From an uncultured Flavobacteriales bacterium (GTDB taxonomy: Bacteria > Bacteroidota > Bacteroidia > Flavobacteriales > UBA1820): a stretch of DNA of 64,000 bases. Shown in pieces: positions 10,697 through 21,706 of this stretch (positions are counted from its first letter, which is position 1; each line of letters begins with the position of its first letter). The notes below the pieces were generated by a model. That model made no database searches. It saw only the letters and a list, made by a program, of their open reading frames with translations, and was not told where the DNA came from. The stretch lies in assembly GCA_902462305.1 (NCBI GenBank), contig CABQBC010000005.1:9642-73641 (forward strand), written 5' to 3'. Both the position numbers and the translations under genes were made by a program.

Positions 10697-11242
10697 ATGT
10701 CAAGAATAGGTAAACACCCCGTAAGCATTCCCGCAGGAGTTACCGTTACCATCGCGCCCGATAGCGTTACGGTAAAAGGTCCCAAAGGAGAGCTTACGCA
10801 GCACATTAAAGAAGTGACTGTCAAGCAGGAAGGCGACCAGGTTATCGTTCAGCGTCCTGAGCACGACGACAAGCTCGCTCACAGTCTCTACGGCACCTAC
10901 CGCGCCATCATAGCCAATATGGTAAAAGGCGTTTCGGAAGGTTTCACCAAAGAACTCGAACTTGTCGGAGTAGGTTACAGGGCGGCCAACCAGGGCCAGA
11001 AGCTCGATCTTTCCCTCGGGTTCTCTCACAACATCATTTTAGAACTGCCTGCAGAGATAAAAGTGGAAACCGTATCGGAAAAAGGTAAAAATCCAATCGT
11101 AAAGCTCACTTCGCATGATAAGGAGCTCCTCGGCCGGGTATGTGCCAAAATCCGTTCATTCCGCAAGCCTGAACCTTACAAAGGAAAGGGTATCAAGTTC
11201 GTAGGTGAAAACATTAGAAGAAAAGCCGGTAAGTCGGCATAA
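10697..11242 (+). CDS. rplF: 50S ribosomal protein L6 (uL6)
   Basis: [16 protein letters not shown]...GPKGEL and PEPYKGKGI are typical uL6. Confidence 0.97.
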   Translation: MSRIGKHPVSIPAGVTVTIAPDSVTVKGPKGELTQHIKEVTVKQEGDQVIVQRPEHDDKLAHSLYGTYRAIIANMVKGVSEGFTKELELVGVGYRAANQGQKLDLSLGFSHNIILELPAEIKVETVSEKGKNPIVKLTSHDKELLGRVCAKIRSFRKPEPYKGKGIKFVGENIRRKAGKSA

Positions 11243-11253
11243 TAATTGTTACT

Positions 11254-11607
11254 ATGGCATTAAGTAAACAAGAAAGAAGACAAAGAATACGTTACAGAAT
11301 CCGCCGCATTGTAAGCGGTACTGCTGTACGTCCTCGTCTGTCCGTGTTCAGGAGCAACAAGGAGATTTACGCCCAGCTCATAGACGATGTCAACGGGGTA
11401 ACCCTCGCTGCTGCGTCTTCCAGGGAAAAGGATTTCGACGGCGTCGGAGCAAAAGCGGACAAAGCAAAGAAAGTAGGTCAGAAATTAGCTGAAAAAGCTC
11501 TTGCCCTTGGTATCGAAACCTGCACGTTCGACCGCGCCGGTTACCTGTACCACGGACGTGTCAAAGCACTCGCCGACGGAGCCAGAGAAGGAGGTTTAAA
11601 ATTCTAA
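11254..11607 (+). CDS. rplR: 50S ribosomal protein L18 (uL18)
   Basis: 117 aa with [19 protein letters not shown] and a C-terminal GGLKF. Confidence 0.97.
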   Translation: MALSKQERRQRIRYRIRRIVSGTAVRPRLSVFRSNKEIYAQLIDDVNGVTLAAASSREKDFDGVGAKADKAKKVGQKLAEKALALGIETCTFDRAGYLYHGRVKALADGAREGGLKF

Positions 11608-11613
11608 TAAATT

Positions 11614-12141
11614 ATGTCGGAAGAATATAATAAATCAATAGAAAGGGTTAAGCCCAGCGGGCTGGAACTCATAGACCGCCTGGTAGGCGTGAACCGCGTG
11701 ACGAAAGTTACAAAAGGCGGACGCGCATTCGGATTTTCCGCCATTGTAGTGGTGGGAGACGAAAAAGGTGTGGTAGGACATGGCCTTGGTAAATCTAAGG
11801 AAGTATCCGAAGCTATCGTCAAAGCTATCGAAGACGCTAAGAAAAATCTTATCCGCGTTCCTCTGGTGGGTTCGACGGTGCCTCACGCTGCGGAAGGTAA
11901 GTTCAGCGGCGCCAGCGTTTTTATCCGTCCTGCATCGCACGGTACGGGTGTGATAGCTGGCGGTTCGGTACGTGCCGTTCTGGAAACGGTAGGTATCAAG
12001 GATGTGCTTTCCAAATCGAAAGGCTCTTCCAACCCCCACAACGTTGTAAAGGCTACTTTCAACGCTCTGGCCCAGATGCGTAGCGCCGAACAGATTGCGG
12101 CATTGCGCGGTATATCGGTTTCTAAAGTATTCAAGGGTTAA
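11614..12141 (+). CDS. rpsE: 30S ribosomal protein S5 (uS5)
   Basis: [25 protein letters not shown] is the uS5 core motif. Confidence 0.97.
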   Translation: MSEEYNKSIERVKPSGLELIDRLVGVNRVTKVTKGGRAFGFSAIVVVGDEKGVVGHGLGKSKEVSEAIVKAIEDAKKNLIRVPLVGSTVPHAAEGKFSGASVFIRPASHGTGVIAGGSVRAVLETVGIKDVLSKSKGSSNPHNVVKATFNALAQMRSAEQIAALRGISVSKVFKG

Positions 12142-12152
12142 CATTAAAGAAA

Positions 12153-12335
12153 ATGGCACAGATAAAGATAACTCAGGTACGCAGCCGTATAGGCCATCCG
12201 AAGGACCAGAAACTCACGCTCGATGCTCTTGGGCTGAAAAAAATGAACGCTTCTGTGGTAAAGGAAGCCAATGACGCCCTTTTGGGTATGGTCGAAAAGG
12301 TGAAACACCTGGTAAAAGTAGAAGAAGTAAAATAA
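12153..12335 (+). CDS. rpmD: 50S ribosomal protein L30 (uL30)
   Basis: A 60-aa protein, [13 protein letters not shown]....K.TL.ALGL, typical uL30. Confidence 0.95.
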   Translation: MAQIKITQVRSRIGHPKDQKLTLDALGLKKMNASVVKEANDALLGMVEKVKHLVKVEEVK

Positions 12336-12436
12336 TAACCAAGGATTTTCAAGGTGTAGGGTATCCGTTTCAAGGGGGCGGATACTCGTTTCAGGGAAAC
12401 CGACTCCTAAAAAGCCTTTAATTAAACAAAGGAAAC

Positions 12437-12889
12437 ATGAATTTACACAGTTTGAAACCCGCAGAGGGTGCTGTAAAGACAAGAAAGAGAATCGGCCGCG
12501 GCCAGGGTTCGGGTAAAGGCGGAACGTCTACCCGTGGACACAAGGGCCAGATGTCACGCTCCGGTTCCAAACACAAAATCGGATTCGAAGGCGGACAGAT
12601 GCCTCTCCAGCGTCGTTTGCCGAAATTCGGTTTTAAAAACATCAACCGCGTAGAGTACAAAGCCGTAAACCTTTCGACACTTCAGGGGCTTGTAGATGCC
12701 GGAAAGATAACAGATGGCGTAGTTACCGTCGAAATTCTTATCCAGAATGGCCTTGTAGGCAAGAATGACCTTGTGAAAGTTCTCGGACAGGGCGAAATCA
12801 CCGCTCCCCTGAACGTTACTGTTCACAAATTTTCAAAAAGTGCGGCCGAAGCCATCGTCAATGCCAAGGGCCAGGCTAACACCATCTAA
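12437..12889 (+). CDS. rplO: 50S ribosomal protein L15 (uL15)
   Basis: MNLHSLKPAEGAVK.RKR.GRG.GSG.G.TS.RGHKGQ is the uL15 signature. Confidence 0.97.
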   Translation: MNLHSLKPAEGAVKTRKRIGRGQGSGKGGTSTRGHKGQMSRSGSKHKIGFEGGQMPLQRRLPKFGFKNINRVEYKAVNLSTLQGLVDAGKITDGVVTVEILIQNGLVGKNDLVKVLGQGEITAPLNVTVHKFSKSAAEAIVNAKGQANTI

Positions 12890-12900
12890 AACTAGTACAG

Positions 12901-14226
12901 ATGAAAAACTTTTTTGAAACTCTGAGCAATATCTGGAAAATAAAGGAACTGAGGGACAGGATTCTGCTCACTCTGGCTCTTTTAGCCGTTTATCGTCTCG
13001 GTTCGTTCATACCCCTTCCCGGAGTGGATGAGATGAAACTCATCGGTCTGAACGAAGCTGCGTCGAACAACGGACTGCTCGGACTGCTCAACTCCTTTAC
13101 CGGCGGTGCTTTCGCTCATGCAGCCATTCTCGGTCTGGGGGTTATGCCGTATATTTCCGCATCCATCGTGGTGCAGTTAATGGCATTTGCGGTTCCTGCG
13201 CTCCAGAAATTGCAGAAGGACGGAGAAAGCGGTCGTAAACAACTTACGCAGATTACGCGTTGGCTTACCATAGCCATAGCGGCCGTACAGGGCTTCTCGT
13301 ACATAGTGGCTATCGATTCCCAGTATCATATAGTCGCACAGGGTATCAGTATGCCTGCGTTCTATGTTTGCTCGGTCGTACTTCTGGTTACCGGCACCAT
13401 GTTCACGATGTGGCTCGGAGAGCGCATCACTGAAAAGGGTGTCGGCCAGGGCGTATCGCTTATCATCACAGTAGGTATCATAGCGCGTCTGCCGCTTTCG
13501 CTCGGACAGGAATTTTCCAATAAATTCATGGGCGGAGGTGCAGGAGGAATGATAATGCTCCTGTTTGAAATAGTGATATGGCTGGCTGTGATAATGTTCA
13601 CTCTGTTCTTGGTGAGAGGTGTCCGCAAGATACCCGTACAGTACGCCAAGGCAGTCGCATCGGCGGGCCAAGGCGGTCGCCAGATTGGTGTGGGCAAACG
13701 TCAGTACATACCGATGAAGGTGTACACTGCAAACGTGATGCCTATAATCTTCGCCCAGGCAGTGATGTTCCTTCCCGGTCTTATAGGCGGGATGTTCAGC
13801 GAATCTGTAAAGATGGCGTTCAACGATATGTTCGGCCTGTGGTACAACATAGTATTGGCTGCGCTGATTATCGCTTTCACTTACCTTTATACGGCTATTG
13901 CGGTTAAGACCAACGACATGGCTGACGACCTTAAGCGCAACGGCGGTTTCATCCCCGGAGTAAAACCCGGAGCTCCTACGGCAAACCTGCTCGACAGGAT
14001 ACTTTCGTTGTTGACGCTTCCCGGCGCACTGGCGCTGGCGTTCATCGCGATACTTCCTACGTTCGCAAAACTTGCCGGCGTAGAACCGAGTTTCGCGATG
14101 TTCTTCGGAGGCACCTCGCTGCTGATTATGGTCGGTGTGGTGATAGACACCATACAGCAGGTTAATTCTTATCTTCTCAACCGTCATTACGACGGGCTGA
14201 TGAAGACCGGTAAAATCAAGAAGTAA
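12901..14226 (+). CDS. secY: Preprotein translocase subunit SecY
   Basis: A 441-aa polytopic membrane protein, with IPLPGV and [16 protein letters not shown] motifs, in the canonical position after rplO. Confidence 0.97.
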   Translation: MKNFFETLSNIWKIKELRDRILLTLALLAVYRLGSFIPLPGVDEMKLIGLNEAASNNGLLGLLNSFTGGAFAHAAILGLGVMPYISASIVVQLMAFAVPALQKLQKDGESGRKQLTQITRWLTIAIAAVQGFSYIVAIDSQYHIVAQGISMPAFYVCSVVLLVTGTMFTMWLGERITEKGVGQGVSLIITVGIIARLPLSLGQEFSNKFMGGGAGGMIMLLFEIVIWLAVIMFTLFLVRGVRKIPVQYAKAVASAGQGGRQIGVGKRQYIPMKVYTANVMPIIFAQAVMFLPGLIGGMFSESVKMAFNDMFGLWYNIVLAALIIAFTYLYTAIAVKTNDMADDLKRNGGFIPGVKPGAPTANLLDRILSLLTLPGALALAFIAILPTFAKLAGVEPSFAMFFGGTSLLIMVGVVIDTIQQVNSYLLNRHYDGLMKTGKIKK

Positions 14227-14234
14227 AGAGAACA

Positions 14235-14450
14235 ATGGCAAAACAAGCAGCAATAGAGGTAGAAGGTACCATCGTAGAAGCCTTGTCCAATGCTATGTTC
14301 AGGGTGGAATTGGACAACGGCCACGTGGTGATAGCCCATATTTCCGGAAAGATGCGTATGCACTATATAAAACTTCTTCCGGGTGACAGGGTGAAACTAG
14401 AAATGTCGCCGTACGACCTTTCCAAAGCCCGTATTACTTACAGATTTTAA
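14235..14450 (+). CDS. infA: Translation initiation factor IF-1
   Basis: A 71-aa protein with [27 protein letters not shown]...[10 protein letters not shown] is a near-universal IF-1 sequence. Confidence 0.98.
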   Translation: MAKQAAIEVEGTIVEALSNAMFRVELDNGHVVIAHISGKMRMHYIKLLPGDRVKLEMSPYDLSKARITYRF

Positions 14451-14512
14451 AAACGAAGCAAATTAACGGATTTTTCGCCTCCGGGCGGTAAATAAAAAAA
14501 TATACCAGAGAA

Positions 14513-14629
14513 ATGAAGGTAAGATCGTCACTGAAAAAACGAAGCGCCGAATGCAAGATCGTTCGCAGAAAAGGCCGCTTATACATCATCAACAAAAAGA
14601 ACCCTAAGCTCAAACAAAGACAGGGATAA
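14513..14629 (+). CDS. rpmJ: 50S ribosomal protein L36 (bL36), Cys-poor (C-minus) form
   Basis: Not in the ORF track because it is under 60 aa. My translation is [38 protein letters not shown] (38 aa, stop at 14627-14629). It has the bL36 pattern and its usual position between infA and rpsM. Only one of the four Zn-ligand positions is retained. Confidence 0.93.
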   Translation: MKVRSSLKKRSAECKIVRRKGRLYIINKKNPKLKQRQG

Positions 14630-14657
14630 CTAATTAAATAAAGATTACAGAAGTCTT

Positions 14658-15035
14658 ATGGCAAGAATTGCAGGGGTAGACTTACCAAAGAATAAAAGGG
14701 GAGTTATCGGACTCACATATATATTCGGAATAGGTAAGAGCCGGGCTCAGAAGATACTGGCCCAGGCAGGAATCAACGAAGACAAGAAAGTCAACGAATG
14801 GAACGACGATGAGCTTGCGCTTATCCGTAAAGCTATCTCCGACAACTACAAGGTCGAAGGAGAACTGCGTTCCGAAGTCCAGATGAGCATCAAGCGTCTT
14901 ATGGACATAGGTTGCTATCGTGGCATACGTCACCGTATCGGCCTTCCACTGCGCGGTCAGCATACCAAAAACAACTCCCGTACGCGCAAGGGTAAACGTA
15001 AAACAGTAGCAAACAAAAAGAAAGCCACTAAATAA
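14658..15035 (+). CDS. rpsM: 30S ribosomal protein S13 (uS13)
   Basis: [14 protein letters not shown]....LTYI.GIG is the uS13 N-terminus. Confidence 0.98.
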   Translation: MARIAGVDLPKNKRGVIGLTYIFGIGKSRAQKILAQAGINEDKKVNEWNDDELALIRKAISDNYKVEGELRSEVQMSIKRLMDIGCYRGIRHRIGLPLRGQHTKNNSRTRKGKRKTVANKKKATK

Positions 15036-15044
15036 TAAATAGAT

Positions 15045-15437
15045 ATGGCCAAAACAGCAAAAGTAAGCAGCAAGAAACGTAAAGTTGTTGTCGAGCCGGT
15101 TGGGGAAGCACACGTATGCGCTTCGTTCAACAACCTGATAGTGACACTTACGAACAAGGCCGGTCAGGTTATCTCCTGGTCGTCGGCCGGTAAGATGGGC
15201 TTTAAAGGATCGAAGAAAAACACTCCTTACGCAGCGCAGACGGCGGCGGAAGACGCTTCGAAAGTAGCTCTGGAAGCAGGACTCAAGAAAGTTAAGGTAT
15301 ATGTAAAAGGACCGGGCAACGGCCGTGAATCGGCTATCCGCACCATACATACTTCGGGAATAGAAGTAACGGAGATAATAGACGTTACCCCGCTTCCCCA
15401 CAACGGATGCCGTCCTCCCAAACGTAGAAGAGTTTAA
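15045..15437 (+). CDS. rpsK: 30S ribosomal protein S11 (uS11)
   Basis: AHV.ASFNN.IVT.T...G.V..WSSAG..GFKGS.K.TP.AAQ is the uS11 signature. Confidence 0.98.
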   Translation: MAKTAKVSSKKRKVVVEPVGEAHVCASFNNLIVTLTNKAGQVISWSSAGKMGFKGSKKNTPYAAQTAAEDASKVALEAGLKKVKVYVKGPGNGRESAIRTIHTSGIEVTEIIDVTPLPHNGCRPPKRRRV

Positions 15438-15472
15438 CTAAAGAGTAATAATACCTAAAGGTAAAAAATAAA

Positions 15473-16075
15473 ATGGCAAGATATATAGGTCCAAAAACTA
15501 AGGTTGCACGCAAGTTCGGCGAAGCCATCTTCGGAGAAGACAGTTACTTTGAAAAAAGGAACTATCCTCCCGGACAGCATGGTATGGCCCGTCGCCGCGC
15601 AAAACGCTCCGAATATGCCACCCAGCTTCAGGAAAAGCAGAAAGCCAAATACACTTACGGCATACTCGAAAGGCAGTTCCACAATATGTTCGAGCGTGCG
15701 CAGCGTTCAAAAGGCATCACCGGTGAGGTGTTGCTCCAACTCTGCGAATCGCGTCTTGACAACGTTGTGTTCCGCCTTGGGATAGCTCCCACGCGCGCCG
15801 CTGCTCGTCAGTTGGTCAACCACAAGCACATTACAGTGAACGGAAATGTCGTAAATATTCCTTCGTATACGCTGAAGGCTGGCGACAAGGTTGCCGTACG
15901 CGAAAAATCAAAATCACTCGAAGCGATAGCTTCGGCCCTTGCCACACGCAAGTCCTACGATTGGCTCGTATGGAACGATGCTGTTAAGGAAGGTACTTTC
16001 GTAACTGTTCCGGAACGTGTTCAGATACCTGAAAACATCAAGGAACAGCTTATCGTCGAGTTGTACTCCAAGTAA
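15473..16075 (+). CDS. rpsD: 30S ribosomal protein S4 (uS4)
   Basis: [11 protein letters not shown] plus the S4 RNA-binding domain ([20 protein letters not shown]). Confidence 0.98.
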   Translation: MARYIGPKTKVARKFGEAIFGEDSYFEKRNYPPGQHGMARRRAKRSEYATQLQEKQKAKYTYGILERQFHNMFERAQRSKGITGEVLLQLCESRLDNVVFRLGIAPTRAAARQLVNHKHITVNGNVVNIPSYTLKAGDKVAVREKSKSLEAIASALATRKSYDWLVWNDAVKEGTFVTVPERVQIPENIKEQLIVELYSK

Positions 16076-16106
16076 TTTTGATTTATTTTAAAGAAAAAAA
16101 ATTCCT

Positions 16107-17099
16107 ATGGCAATTCTAAATTTTCAGAAACCCGATAAGGTGGTTATGATACACTCCCAGGACAACGAAGGACGGTTCGAATTCCGTCCTTTGGAGCAGG
16201 GATACGGGCTCACCGTCGGCAATGCCTTAAGGAGGGTACTTCTGTCCTCTCTTGAAGGCTTTGCCATCACCAGCATCCGTATCGAAGGAGTGGAGCATGA
16301 GTTTGCCACCATACCGGGGATAGTCGAAGACGTTACCGAAATCATACTTAACCTCAAGCAAGTGCGTTTCCGCCGTCAGGTTGAGGACATAGAAAACGAA
16401 AACGTTAGCGTCTCCATAACCGGACAGGACCGTATAACTGCCGGGGATTTCCAGCGCTTTATTTCCGGTTTCCAGATACTCAATCCGGATCTTGTAATCT
16501 GCACGACCGAACCGTCAGTGCGTTTCAATATGGATTTTTCCATAGAGAAAGGCCGTGGTTTCGTTCCGGCGGAAGAGAATAAAAAGCAGAATGCTCCGTT
16601 GAACACGATAGCCATAGACTCCATATACACGCCGATAAAGAACGTGAAATATGCTGTCGAAGACTATCGCGTGGAACAGAAAACGGACTACGAAAAGCTC
16701 GTTCTGGAGATAAAGACAGACGGTTCAATTTCTCCAAAGGACGCTCTTACCGAGGCCAGCAAGATACTGATACACCACTTCATGCTTTTCTCCGACGAGC
16801 GCATAACACTCGAGGCCGAAGAAATTGCCAAAGCGGAAAATTACGACGAAGAGTCCCTCCACATGCGCCAGTTGTTAAAGACCAAGCTCGTGGATCTGGA
16901 TCTGTCCGTGCGCGCGCTGAACTGCCTTAAGGCTGCGGAAGTGGAAACGCTCGGGGAACTTGTTGCCTACAATAAGTCCGACCTTATGAAGTTCAGGAAT
17001 TTCGGTAAGAAATCGCTCACCGAGCTCGAAGAACTCGTTGCCAACAAGGGCCTGCAGTTCGGTATGGACCTGGCAAAATATAAACTAGACAAAGAATAA
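16107..17099 (+). CDS. rpoA: DNA-directed RNA polymerase subunit alpha
   Basis: 330 aa with LE.GYG.T.GNALRR.LLSS and the C-terminal domain LDLSVRA.NCLK. In the alpha-operon position. Confidence 0.98.
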   Translation: MAILNFQKPDKVVMIHSQDNEGRFEFRPLEQGYGLTVGNALRRVLLSSLEGFAITSIRIEGVEHEFATIPGIVEDVTEIILNLKQVRFRRQVEDIENENVSVSITGQDRITAGDFQRFISGFQILNPDLVICTTEPSVRFNMDFSIEKGRGFVPAEENKKQNAPLNTIAIDSIYTPIKNVKYAVEDYRVEQKTDYEKLVLEIKTDGSISPKDALTEASKILIHHFMLFSDERITLEAEEIAKAENYDEESLHMRQLLKTKLVDLDLSVRALNCLKAAEVETLGELVAYNKSDLMKFRNFGKKSLTELEELVANKGLQFGMDLAKYKLDKE

Positions 17100-17149
17100 C
17101 AGAGTAAAACCCGCAACCGCTAAAAACGGTTGACCATTTACCAGTATAA

Positions 17150-17674
17150 ATGAGACACGGAAAAAAATTCAATCACCTAGGCCGCACTTCGGCTCACCGC
17201 AAGGCAATGCTGTCGAATATGGCCTGCTCGCTTATCGAGCACAAGAGGATAAACACCACGCTTGCAAAAGCACGTGAGTTGCGCAAGTATGTGGAACCTC
17301 TTATTTCCAAGAGCAAAAAGGACGACACGCATTCGCGCCGTATGGTATTCACCTATCTTAACAGCAAAGAAGCTGTAAAGGAACTCTTCGGAGAGATTGC
17401 AGCGAAAGTAGCCAACCGTCCGGGAGGATACACGCGTATAATAAAACTCGGTAATCGTTTGGGCGACGCCGCAGAGATGTGCATGATAGAACTGGTGGAC
17501 TTTAACACCATATATTCTGCCAACACCAAGGCCGAAGCTGCCGCCAAGAAGCCGCGTACGCGTCGTGCAGGTAGCAAGAAGAAAGCCGAGGAAGCAGCCG
17601 CAGCTCCCGTAGCCGAGGATACTAAAGCTCCTGAGGCCGAAGCACAGGCTCCTGAAGAAAAGTCAGCCGAGTAA
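17150..17674 (+). CDS. rplQ: 50S ribosomal protein L17 (bL17) with an Ala/Glu/Lys-rich C-terminal tail
   Basis: [12 protein letters not shown]...HRKAML.NM is the bL17 signature. The last ~50 aa are low complexity. Confidence 0.97.
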   Translation: MRHGKKFNHLGRTSAHRKAMLSNMACSLIEHKRINTTLAKARELRKYVEPLISKSKKDDTHSRRMVFTYLNSKEAVKELFGEIAAKVANRPGGYTRIIKLGNRLGDAAEMCMIELVDFNTIYSANTKAEAAAKKPRTRRAGSKKKAEEAAAAPVAEDTKAPEAEAQAPEEKSAE

Positions 17675-17738
17675 TCTTGAAAAAGAGAGTTCCGCTGCCG
17701 GGAAAAACGAAAAAACATCGTTTTTGATTATATCGGAA

Positions 17739-17775
17739 ACGGATAAGCGTCCTATTCGCTTATCCGTTTTTTTTA
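17739..17775 (+). terminator. Rho-independent terminator closing the ribosomal gene train
   Basis: ACGGATAAGCG (17739-17749) pairs with CGCTTATCCGT (17757-17767) and is followed by a T-run. Confidence 0.8.
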
Positions 17776-17822
17776 TGTTTTACGGCTTTTAAAAAATGCG
17801 TGCAAATGTTGTACTTTAAACG

Positions 17823-17830
17823 TACCTTTG
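17823..17830 (+). promoter_or_regulatory. Candidate -7 box TACCTTTG for carA
   Basis: Exact TAnnTTTG match ending 25 nt before the carA ATG at 17856. Confidence 0.6.
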
Positions 17831-17855
17831 CACATTGAGTAAAAAACAGGATAAG

Positions 17856-18965
17856 ATGAAATTTCAGGATAAAAAAGACGCTGTGCTTTTGCTGGAGGAC
17901 GGCACTATGTTTTGGGGAAAATCCGTAGGTGTGGACGGTACTGCATCAGGTGAGTTGTGCTTTAACACCGGTATGACCGGATATCAGGAGATATTTACCG
18001 ACCCTTCGTACTACGGTCAGATAATGGTCACCACGAATGCCCACATAGGTAACTACGGAGTGAACAGCGACGAGGTAGAATCCGAAGGCATGAAAATTGC
18101 CGGACTGGTGTGCCGCAATTTTAATTATACCCCGTCCCGTGTAGATTCGGACGGTACGCTTGAGGAATACTTCAAAAAGCAGGATAAAGTAGCTATAAGC
18201 GATGTGGACACGCGCGCGGTAGTATCGTATATACGTGATAAGGGTGCGATGAATGCTGTTATTTCCACCAAAGTGGACGATATACCTGCCCTTAAAAATA
18301 TACTTGCTTCAACTCCGGATATGAAAGGACTGGAACTGGCCTCTAAGGTATCGACCAAAGAACCTTACTTTTTCGGGCAGCCGGATGCTCCGGTAAAAAT
18401 AGCGGCTGTGGATTTGGGTATAAAGAAAAATATACTGCGTAATCTGGCTTCGCGCGGATGCTATATAAAAGTGTTTCCGTACGATGTGACATTGGAGCAG
18501 ATGAAAGAGTGGAATCCCGACGGTTATTTCCTTTCCAACGGCCCCGGAGATCCTGAACCTTTGACCGGCGTACAGGAACTTGCACGCCAGATAATAGAGG
18601 AAGACCTGCCGCTTTTCGGCATATGTCTTGGACATCAGATAATAGCTCTTTCGCAGGGCATAAACACTTATAAGATGCACAACGGGCATCGTGGGATAAA
18701 CCATCCGGTTATGAATCTGGAAACGGGCCGCGGGGAAATAACTTCGCAAAATCACGGGTTCGTTGTCAATCGCGAAATGGCTGAGGCTTCGGATAAGATA
18801 AGGATAACGCACGAACATCTGAACGACCACACTGTAGCCGGGATAAGGATAAACGGTAAGAAATGCTTTTCCGTACAGTATCATCCGGAGGCAGGCCCCG
18901 GCCCGCATGATGCTTCGTATCTGTTTGACAAATTTATCGAAATGGTAAAACAGGACAAAAAGTAA
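17856..18965 (+). CDS. carA: Carbamoyl-phosphate synthase small (glutamine amidotransferase) subunit
   Basis: LLLEDGT.F.G.S.G, the GATase triad region GICLGHQ, and HP(E)A.PGPHD are present. The ORF-track start at 17835 is a TTG overlapping the promoter box, so I chose the ATG at 17856. Confidence 0.95.
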   Translation: MKFQDKKDAVLLLEDGTMFWGKSVGVDGTASGELCFNTGMTGYQEIFTDPSYYGQIMVTTNAHIGNYGVNSDEVESEGMKIAGLVCRNFNYTPSRVDSDGTLEEYFKKQDKVAISDVDTRAVVSYIRDKGAMNAVISTKVDDIPALKNILASTPDMKGLELASKVSTKEPYFFGQPDAPVKIAAVDLGIKKNILRNLASRGCYIKVFPYDVTLEQMKEWNPDGYFLSNGPGDPEPLTGVQELARQIIEEDLPLFGICLGHQIIALSQGINTYKMHNGHRGINHPVMNLETGRGEITSQNHGFVVNREMAEASDKIRITHEHLNDHTVAGIRINGKKCFSVQYHPEAGPGPHDASYLFDKFIEMVKQDKK

Positions 18966-18994
18966 TAGTTTCCTGCTTTCAGAGTCAGATAAGG

Positions 18995-19035
18995 ACGGAC
19001 TGTGCGGCTGTATTGCGGTATAGTCCGTTTTTTTA
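18995..19035 (+). terminator. Putative terminator after carA
   Basis: ACGGACT (18995-19001) pairs with AGTCCGT (19022-19028) and is followed by TTTTTTT. The loop is long (20 nt). Confidence 0.5.
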
Positions 19036-19057
19036 TAACCTCAAAACATATATTGCT

Positions 19058-20179
19058 ATGAAAAAATTACTATTCTTATGCGGCTGCGTGATGGTTTTCG
19101 GGTGCGGGCAGTCATCGGACTCTTCTCCTGAGGCATTATCCGGACATTCTGCTGTGGATGATACGGTAATGGCCTGCCAGCCGTTAGCCCCTATCGAAAC
19201 GGGAGAAGTATTCCTGAAAGGAAAAGACCCGTTCGGCGGTATCCGGGATCTGACAGGTGAAAACAAGACGGCAGATACGGTTATTTTTAAAATATCCGGC
19301 ACTCAGGCTTTGGTAAAAGACGGTGTTTTGGCGATGAAAAACCGCCACGGCAGAAATTCCATTATGCTGTTCGGACTTCCCGAATTGAAGTTTATAACTT
19401 CTACGGGACCTATCGGAGATGGTCCGGATGAATTTAAGTATCCTGCGCTCGTGCCTGCTCAGTCCGACACATCGCTTTTGTGCTATGTTTATGATGCTGT
19501 CGGGGAAACGTTTTATACTTTGTCTAATGATGGGGTTCTCGAAAGTTATCCTTTCAATTTTGGGGAATCGTCCGTAAAATATGCCTCCCGTTCGGTGGCT
19601 AATGTTGCTCCGGGAGATTTCATATATGCTCAAAATACGTCCGAAGGCCGTTCTGTGTTCCGCGCTACTGTATCTGGCGACAGCGTTGCGGTGAGGAAGG
19701 TATTCGATCTGGCATTGAGTCCGGGGCAGAAATCATGGGCCGCATATATAGGCGATTTTGCGGTTAATCCGGCTAAGGACAGGATGGTGTATGCCTATAA
19801 GTATTTTAAAGTCATAAAGTTCATGGATATGAACGGCAAGTCCGTCCGCACGCTTAATTTTGAAAAAGAGAAATTCGATCAGACTTCTATTTACAAGTTA
19901 AACGGTTTGGATGCCAACGTTACTCATTACTGGGGCGTTTCTCCAACGGATGATTACGTGTACTTCCTCTATAGCGGGCGAACTCCGGCCGATGTTGTGA
20001 GGGAACAAAACCAGGGCGAATATTATATTTACGTGGAAAAATACGACTGGAACGGAAACCCCGTGGCTTGCTACAAACTCGACCGCTGGGGGTATTTCAC
20101 TGTGGACGGGAACAACGGCAAGTTGTATCTGATGTCCACCAATGACGACAATCCTTTTTTCGTTTATGATATTAATTGA
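19058..20179 (+). CDS. Lipoprotein, probable six-bladed beta-propeller (BF3164/TolB-like family)
   Basis: Lipobox MKKLLFLCGCVMVFGC. A GDGPDEF motif (GxGPxEF type) and repeated hydrophobic/Tyr-rich blades resemble the Bacteroidales 6-bladed beta-propeller lipoprotein families. Start moved to the ATG at 19058. Confidence 0.5.
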   Translation: MKKLLFLCGCVMVFGCGQSSDSSPEALSGHSAVDDTVMACQPLAPIETGEVFLKGKDPFGGIRDLTGENKTADTVIFKISGTQALVKDGVLAMKNRHGRNSIMLFGLPELKFITSTGPIGDGPDEFKYPALVPAQSDTSLLCYVYDAVGETFYTLSNDGVLESYPFNFGESSVKYASRSVANVAPGDFIYAQNTSEGRSVFRATVSGDSVAVRKVFDLALSPGQKSWAAYIGDFAVNPAKDRMVYAYKYFKVIKFMDMNGKSVRTLNFEKEKFDQTSIYKLNGLDANVTHYWGVSPTDDYVYFLYSGRTPADVVREQNQGEYYIYVEKYDWNGNPVACYKLDRWGYFTVDGNNGKLYLMSTNDDNPFFVYDIN

Positions 20180-20184
20180 TTTAT

Positions 20185-20829
20185 ATGAATACAAAAGCTG
20201 TTATTTTTGATATGGACGGAGTACTGATAGACTCCGAACCTTCCTGGGGGCAGGCTATGCTTGAGGTAATGCGTGAGGTAGGAATACCGTATACTGTTGA
20301 CGATGTAGCGAGGTATCAGGGCGTAAGGGTAGGAGATATTGTCAGCGCCGTATGGGATGCCAATCCTGTTCCGGAGTCCAAAGAAGGAATTGAAAAGATG
20401 ATATGCAGCCGTGTGAGCGAACTGGTACTGGATCATGGGCGTGTTATGGATGGTATATCCGGTGTACTGGATTTTGTCCGCAGGGAAAAATTGCCGTTGG
20501 GTCTTGCAACGTCGACTCCTCGTCAGGTGGCGGTGAATTTTATAAAACGGATAGGCATAGGCGGCTCGATAGATGTCATGTGTACCGGCGATGAGGTGAC
20601 TTACGGCAAACCGCACCCGGAAATTTATCTTCTGTGTGCCTCCAGGCTCGGTGTGTTGCCATGGGAGTGCCTTGTATTCGAGGATTCGGTAAATGGGGTA
20701 CTGGCGGCCAAAGCGGCGCGTTGCCGTTGTATTGCCGTGCCTGGCGAAGGATTGTTCGATGACAGGCGTTACGGCATTGCTGACGTGAAAATACGCTCTC
20801 TTTTGGATTTTTCGCCGGATATGGCGTAG
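20185..20829 (+). CDS. HAD-IA family sugar-phosphate phosphatase / beta-phosphoglucomutase-like hydrolase
   Basis: HAD motif I is AVIFDMDGVLIDSE and motif IV is FEDS.NG. The ORF-track start at 20176 is a TTG overlapping the previous stop, so I chose the ATG at 20185. Confidence 0.85.
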   Translation: MNTKAVIFDMDGVLIDSEPSWGQAMLEVMREVGIPYTVDDVARYQGVRVGDIVSAVWDANPVPESKEGIEKMICSRVSELVLDHGRVMDGISGVLDFVRREKLPLGLATSTPRQVAVNFIKRIGIGGSIDVMCTGDEVTYGKPHPEIYLLCASRLGVLPWECLVFEDSVNGVLAAKAARCRCIAVPGEGLFDDRRYGIADVKIRSLLDFSPDMA

Positions 20830-20838
20830 GGCAGGCAT

Positions 20839-20872
20839 AAAAAAGCGGAGGCTAAAAGCCTCCGCTTTTTTT
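20839..20872. terminator. Bidirectional rho-independent terminator between convergent HAD and batE genes
   Basis: AAAAAA-GCGGAGGC-TAAAA-GCCTCCGC-TTTTTTT, a perfect 8-bp GC stem flanked by an A-run and a T-run. Confidence 0.85.
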
Positions 20873-20888
20873 AATTCAGTTTTTTAAG

Positions 20889-21692
20889 TTATATTTTTTC
20901 AATGCTCCCTGCCGGAACCCAGCCTATTTTGCCGTCGGCAAGGCGTATTTTGTGCCACGTATTCAGGCTTTCTTCTATTTCTACTTTTGTCCCTTCATGC
21001 AGGGAGAATACGTCGCCTCCGGAGGTGCTAGGTTCGCTTTTCACGTTTATATTTTCCTCTGTTACGATGGCGTATGGATTGTCTGATAGTTGTTTCTTTG
21101 CCGTGAGGTGAAAACCGTACGATATGGCGCCTGATATAAGGCAACCTGCAAATACGTAGAAAGCCCATCTTTTCATGGATGTGCTTCTGCCGTATAGGTA
21201 TATTGCGAAAAATATGAGCATCGCCCATGTAAATACGGCTGTAAGTATGGCCCACCAGGATGCTGTAAACAACGAAACGACTGAATTTACAACCCTTACG
21301 GTCAGGGATTGCCCAAGGGGAATTATATTGTCCGAAGTAAGACGACGCGCCATAGACAGATTGTGCTGTATCTCCTTGTCCGAAGGAGCGAGCACCGATG
21401 CCCTTTCATACGCCAGTATGGTCGGCGCTATGTAGCCAAGCCGGTAATAGGCATTGCCCAAATTGTTGTACAGCTCCGGCGATATATACCCCATGTCGAG
21501 TATTTCCGTGTATTTCTCTACCGCTCCGTTGTAGTCGGCCTTCTGGTAATCCTTGTTAGCCGCTATGAAAAGCGAATCAGGGATTTGCGCGTATGACCAT
21601 TGCTGGAAAAACAGCGATATCAAGGCTATCAGCAATATTTTGGCGCGTAAATTCCTGTGTGTGCCGGGAATATGTGTCACAGAGTTTTCCAT
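20889..21692 (-). CDS. batE: BatE-like protein (TPR repeats, TM helices, C-terminal SH3b domain)
   Basis: TPR region (YNNLGNAYYRLG), membrane helices and a C-terminal SH3-like segment (WHKIRLADGKIGWVP). It is the last gene of the Bat operon order. Confidence 0.75.
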   Translation of the reverse strand: MENSVTHIPGTHRNLRAKILLIALISLFFQQWSYAQIPDSLFIAANKDYQKADYNGAVEKYTEILDMGYISPELYNNLGNAYYRLGYIAPTILAYERASVLAPSDKEIQHNLSMARRLTSDNIIPLGQSLTVRVVNSVVSLFTASWWAILTAVFTWAMLIFFAIYLYGRSTSMKRWAFYVFAGCLISGAISYGFHLTAKKQLSDNPYAIVTEENINVKSEPSTSGGDVFSLHEGTKVEIEESLNTWHKIRLADGKIGWVPAGSIEKI

Positions 21693-21706
21693 TGCGTTTA
21701 CGGAAT

